From an uncultured delta proteobacterium (lineage in GTDB: Bacteria; Desulfobacterota; Desulfuromonadia; Desulfuromonadales; BM103), in assembly GCA_963715335.1 (NCBI GenBank), contig CAVQRZ010000021.1:1-64000 (forward strand): a stretch of 64,000 nt of DNA, given 5' to 3'. Position 1 is the first letter of the stretch. Every line of letters begins with the position of its first letter. Below are positions 60,738 through 64,000 of the stretch, one piece after another. The position numbers and the translations under genes were made by a program. Below the pieces are notes generated by a model. That model ran no database searches and had not been told where the DNA came from. It worked only from the letters and a program-made list of their open reading frames with translations.

Positions 60738-60994
60738 AAGAGTCCAGTTCAGCCTTGACACGACAACTTTTGCCAGGTTTGGGCCCTAAATGGCACCCAT
60801 ACAGCAATCCTCTTAGAGTTCTTAGATCATCGTGGTTGCCGAAACTCATTTGGGTGGCTAGAGAGCTGGAGGGTTCTACTTACAATGTTACCCAGGGGAT
60901 TGATTATCTTTACCTCAAGGCGCCAATTCTCCCGATAACCGCATAAATGACACGACATTAAGCACCTGTAAAATAAAGACAAATCACAAAATAC

Positions 60995-61023
60995 TTGACC
61001 ACGGACAAAAATATTATCATAAT
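60995..61023 (+). promoter_or_regulatory. sigma70-like promoter upstream of riboswitch 1
   Basis: TTGACC-17 nt-CATAAT. Confidence 0.6.
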
Positions 61024-61104
61024 CTCAATCATAGTCATGGTAATAATCGATTAACATTTTTATTGTCTCGACAGAGGAGCCCTGCAGCCCAACAAAAAAC
61101 AAAT

Positions 61105-61190
61105 GTCTCCGAAAAAGGCAAAACCAGAGAAATCTGGTGACGCAAAGCCACGGGTCCTCAAATTCAGGACAGCCGGGTTGCCGAAGAGAG
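61105..61190 (+). ncRNA. c-di-GMP-I (GEMM-I) riboswitch aptamer, copy 1
   Basis: GGCAAA-ACCAGA-GAAA-TCTGGT-GACGCAAAGCCACGGGTCCT...AGGACAGCCGGGTTGCCGAA. Confidence 0.93.
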
Positions 61191-61230
61191 TGTTCGCCTA
61201 GCTTTTGCCTTGATCAACTTCTGCAACGTT

Positions 61231-61270
61231 AAGCGCCCATCTTCGGTATCGAGGTGGGCGCTTTTTTATT
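61231..61270 (+). terminator. Expression-platform terminator 1
   Basis: AAGCGCCCATCTTCG-GTAT-CGAGGTGGGCGCTTTTTT. Confidence 0.88.
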
Positions 61271-61515
61271 CTGCCAGAGTGGATGCAGATCATCGTGAAA
61301 CATTTCATACTGAATTGCATTGAGAGACCAGTGATGTGGTTAAATGACTATACCTTTTCAATCATGGACACACTTTCGATACGCACGACACCTGTGCACG
61401 CACACTGTCCAATCAGCTGCTTAATACAAACCTGCGTGGAGATGCATAAATTCCTTGTAATGATATCAACCGCTTCTATTCGATTCTGTGGAAGGCTTGT
61501 CATCTCTCATGTCAA

Positions 61516-61533
61516 TTGGCATGCTCTCTGCTT
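61516..61533 (+). promoter_or_regulatory. sigma54-like promoter between riboswitch 1 and 2
   Basis: TTGGCATGCTCTCTGCTT: GG-N10-GC. Confidence 0.5.
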
Positions 61534-61676
61534 AATCTGGATGGTGTTCGCATACAGGCGTGATGCAAAGAATCTCGAATGAGCATGAGTCGATCAACAG
61601 TCTTTTGCAAGACAAGGTAACCGCGACATGGAGCGCAAACCGATGGCATAGAATCTTTATTTTAAAAACTAAATAA

Positions 61677-61762
61677 GTCTCCGATAAGGGCAAAGCCAGA
61701 GCAATCTGGCGACGCAAAGCCACGGGTCCTCAAATTCAGGACAGCCGGGTTGCCGAAGAGAG
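61677..61762 (+). ncRNA. c-di-GMP-I riboswitch aptamer, copy 2
   Basis: GGGCAAA-GCCAGA-GCAA-TCTGGC-GACGCAAAGCCACGGG...GTTGCCGAA. Confidence 0.93.
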
Positions 61763-61801
61763 TGTTCGCCTAACTTTTGCCCCGATCAATTTCTGCAATG
61801 T

Positions 61802-61839
61802 AAAGCGCTCACCTTCGGTAACGAGGTGAGCGCTTTTTT
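61802..61839 (+). terminator. Expression-platform terminator 2
   Basis: AAAGCGCTCACCTTCG-GTAA-CGAGGTGAGCGCTTTTTT. Confidence 0.88.
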
Positions 61840-62023
61840 AGTTTGGAGGTTAACCTTCAGTTCAGCAATTGCATGAGATAAAAAGCTATAGAGGTCCTGT
61901 GCAACCGACATTGAATGATACATAGACAACCAACAGACAACCAACACACTTTTATCAGGCAAGGGAACAACGACATGGAGTGCAAACCGATGGCATAGAA
62001 TCTTCATTTTAAAAACTAAATAA

Positions 62024-62109
62024 GTCTCCGATAAGGGCAAAGCCAGAGCAATCTGGCGACGCAAAGCCACGGGTCCTCAAATTCAGGACAGCCGGGTTGC
62101 CGAAGAGAG
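62024..62109 (+). ncRNA. c-di-GMP-I riboswitch aptamer, copy 3
   Basis: Same sequence as copy 2, offset 347 nt. Confidence 0.93.
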
Positions 62110-62148
62110 TGTTCGCCTAACTTTTGCCCCGATCAATTTCTGCAATGT

Positions 62149-62186
62149 AAAGCGCTCACCTTCGGTAACGAGGTGAGCGCTTTTTT
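62149..62186 (+). terminator. Expression-platform terminator 3
   Basis: Same sequence as terminator 2. Confidence 0.88.
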
Positions 62187-62231
62187 AGTCTGGACGTTAA
62201 CTCTCAGTTCAGCAACTGCGGGAGGAAAAAG

Positions 62232-64000
62232 ATGGGGTATACCATGACAAAAGCAATTTTACTTACAGTTTGTCTATTTCTGGCCATCACGGCTACGGCC
62301 AATGCCAAGACGGTTAATCTGGCTTGGGATCCGAGTCCAAGTACCAATGTTGCGGGATATAAGATTTACTATAAGGAGGGCTCTTCAAGTCTACAATTTA
62401 ATGGCACTGGCGCTAACGAAGGATCTTCTCCGATTGATGTGGGAAAAGTCCTGAGTTCAAGCCTCACGGGTTTGCCAGATACCCAGACACATTATTTTGC
62501 TGTTACGGCTTACGATACATCAGGGAACGAGAGCACACCTTCAAATATCGTCGATAGCTCACCGGTTATCATAGCCATCAATCATCCCCCGGTGCTGGCC
62601 GCCATCGGCAGCAAGACGATTAATGAAGGAACCAACCTGAGCTTCACCCTGAGCGCCACGGACCCCGATGGCGACAGCCTGACCTACAGTGCCACCGGCC
62701 TGCCGAACGGCGCTACCTTCAATGCCGCGACGCGGACGTTCACCTGGACCCCGAGCAACACCCAGGCCGGCAACTACAACGTGAGCTTCAGCGTTAGTGA
62801 CGGCAGCCTGAACGATGCGGAAACGGTTGCGATCAGTGTCGGCAACGTGAACAGACCGCCGGTGCTGGCCGCCATCGGCAGCAAGACGATTAATGAAGGA
62901 ACCAACCTGAGCTTCACCCTGAGCGCCACGGACCCCGATGGCGACAGCCTGACCTACAGTGCCACCGGCCTGCCGAACGGCGCTACCTTCAATGCCGCGA
63001 CGCGGACGTTCACCTGGACCCCGAGCAACACCCAGGCCGGCAACTACAACGTGAGCTTCAGCGTTAGTGACGGCAGCCTGAACGATGCGGAAACGGTTGC
63101 GATCAGTGTCGGCAACGTGAACAGACCGCCGGTGCTGGCCGCCATCGGCAGCAAGACGATTAATGAAGGAACCAACCTGAGCTTCACCCTGAGCGCCACG
63201 GACCCCGATGGCGACAGCCTGACCTACAGTGCCACCGGCCTGCCGAACGGCGCTACCTTCAATGCCGCGACGCGGACGTTCACCTGGACCCCTGGCAACA
63301 CCCAGGCCGGCAACTACAACGTGAGCTTCAGCGTTAGTGACGGCAGCCTGAACGATGCGGAAACGGTTGCGATCAGTGTCGGCAACGTGAACAGACCGCC
63401 GGTGCTGGCCGCCATCGGCAGCAAGACGATTAATGAAGGAACCAACCTGAGCTTCACCCTGAGCGCCACGGACCCCGATGGCGACAGCCTGACCTACAGT
63501 GCCACCGGCCTGCCGAACGGCGCTACCTTCAATGCCGCGACGCGGACGTTCACCTGGACCCCTGGCAACACCCAGGCCGGCAACTACAACGTGAGCTTCA
63601 GCGTTAGTGACGGCAGCCTGAACGATGCGGAAACGGTCGCGATCAGTGTCGGCAACGTGAACAGACCGCCGGTACTGACCGCCATCGGCAGCAAGACGAT
63701 TAATGTAGGAACCAACCTGAGCTTCACCCTGAGCGCCACGGATCCCGATGGCGACAGCCTGACCTACAGTGCCACCGGCCTGCCGAACGGCGCTACCTTC
63801 AATGCCGCGACGCGGACGTTCACCTGGACCCCTGGCAACACCCAGGCCGGCAACTACAACGTGAGCTTCAGCGTTAGTGACGGCAGCCTGAACGATGCGG
63901 AAACGGTCGCGATCAGTGTCGGTAACGTGAACAGACCGCCGGTACTGACCGCCATCGGCAGCAAGACGATTAATGTAGGAACCAACCTGAGCTTCACCCT
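62232..64000 (+). CDS. Secreted FN3 + tandem Ig/cadherin-like (He_PIG-type) repeat surface protein, truncated at window end
   Basis: GGAGG RBS, ATG 62232 (alternative 62244); signal peptide ending TANA; FN3 (LAWDPS...GYKIYY...YFAVTAYD..GNES); 90-aa repeats NxPPVL...ATDPDGDSLTYSATGLPNGATFN...FTWTP...VSDG. Confidence 0.88.
   Translation, partial: MGYTMTKAILLTVCLFLAITATANAKTVNLAWDPSPSTNVAGYKIYYKEGSSSLQFNGTGANEGSSPIDVGKVLSSSLTGLPDTQTHYFAVTAYDTSGNESTPSNIVDSSPVIIAINHPPVLAAIGSKTINEGTNLSFTLSATDPDGDSLTYSATGLPNGATFNAATRTFTWTPSNTQAGNYNVSFSVSDGSLNDAETVAISVGNVNRPPVLAAIGSKTINEGTNLSFTLSATDPDGDSLTYSATGLPNGATFNAATRTFTWTPSNTQAGNYNVSFSVSDGSLNDAETVAISVGNVNRPPVLAAIGSKTINEGTNLSFTLSATDPDGDSLTYSATGLPNGATFNAATRTFTWTPGNTQAGNYNVSFSVSDGSLNDAETVAISVGNVNRPPVLAAIGSKTINEGTNLSFTLSATDPDGDSLTYSATGLPNGATFNAATRTFTWTPGNTQAGNYNVSFSVSDGSLNDAETVAISVGNVNRPPVLTAIGSKTINVGTNLSFTLSATDPDGDSLTYSATGLPNGATFNAATRTFTWTPGNTQAGNYNVSFSVSDGSLNDAETVAISVGNVNRPPVLTAIGSKTINVGTNLSFT
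62581..64000 (+). repeat. 270-bp near-identical coding tandem repeats (5 full + 1 partial)
   Basis: Equivalent positions at 62591, 62861, 63131, 63401, 63671, 63941. Confidence 0.95.

Noticed and set aside
61643..61660. sigma54 promoters directly before riboswitch copies 2 and 3
   Set aside because: TGGCATAGAATCTT(T/C)A has the -24 GG but lacks the -12 GC
61283..62070. Short ORFs 61283-61582, 61532-61723, 61786-62070
   Set aside because: No recognisable motifs; the two minus-strand ORFs are antisense readings of the duplicated riboswitch units
61105..62109. cGAMP-specific (GEMM-Ib) riboswitches
   Set aside because: Discriminator position is G in all three copies (xGGCAAA), not A
62581..64000. 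Tandem repeats as a CRISPR array
   Set aside because: 270-bp in-frame coding units with no unique spacers and no cas genes

Overview
Chromosomal window from a Desulfuromonadia-type deltaproteobacterium, judged from the GSU3473-type small proteins, the Cbc3-like Rieske/cyt b/pentaheme complex and ackA/pta. Most of it is housekeeping: AsmA-like gene (truncated), hpt, ackA, pta, folD-metV-metF-gcvT-H-PA-PB, rsgA, arsR-arsC-acr3, yggT-divIVA-yggU, DAHP synthase, a DnaJ/CbpA homolog, an MCP with a separate Cache protein, mlaEFD-A-C, radical SAM (AhbD-like)-hemE-hemH, a two-component pair, priA, mltA and fprA, plus tRNA-Arg(CCG). Most notable items: (1) three tandem c-di-GMP-I riboswitches, each with its own intrinsic terminator, with a sigma70-like promoter ahead of copy 1 and a sigma54-like promoter between copies 1 and 2, upstream of a secreted FN3 + 90-aa Ig-like repeat protein running off the window end; (2) a mercury-methylation hgcA with a Cys-pair repeat N-terminus, placed 8 nt after the DAHP synthase gene and with no hgcB in the window; (3) an unassigned ~147-nt element with alternative pairings and an adjacent promoter-to-terminator candidate sRNA between acr3 and rsgA; (4) a frameshifted Na+/H+ antiporter in a small accessory patch beside the tRNA. 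No CRISPR array, integrase or transposase was seen. All calls are by eye from the sequence; no searches were run.
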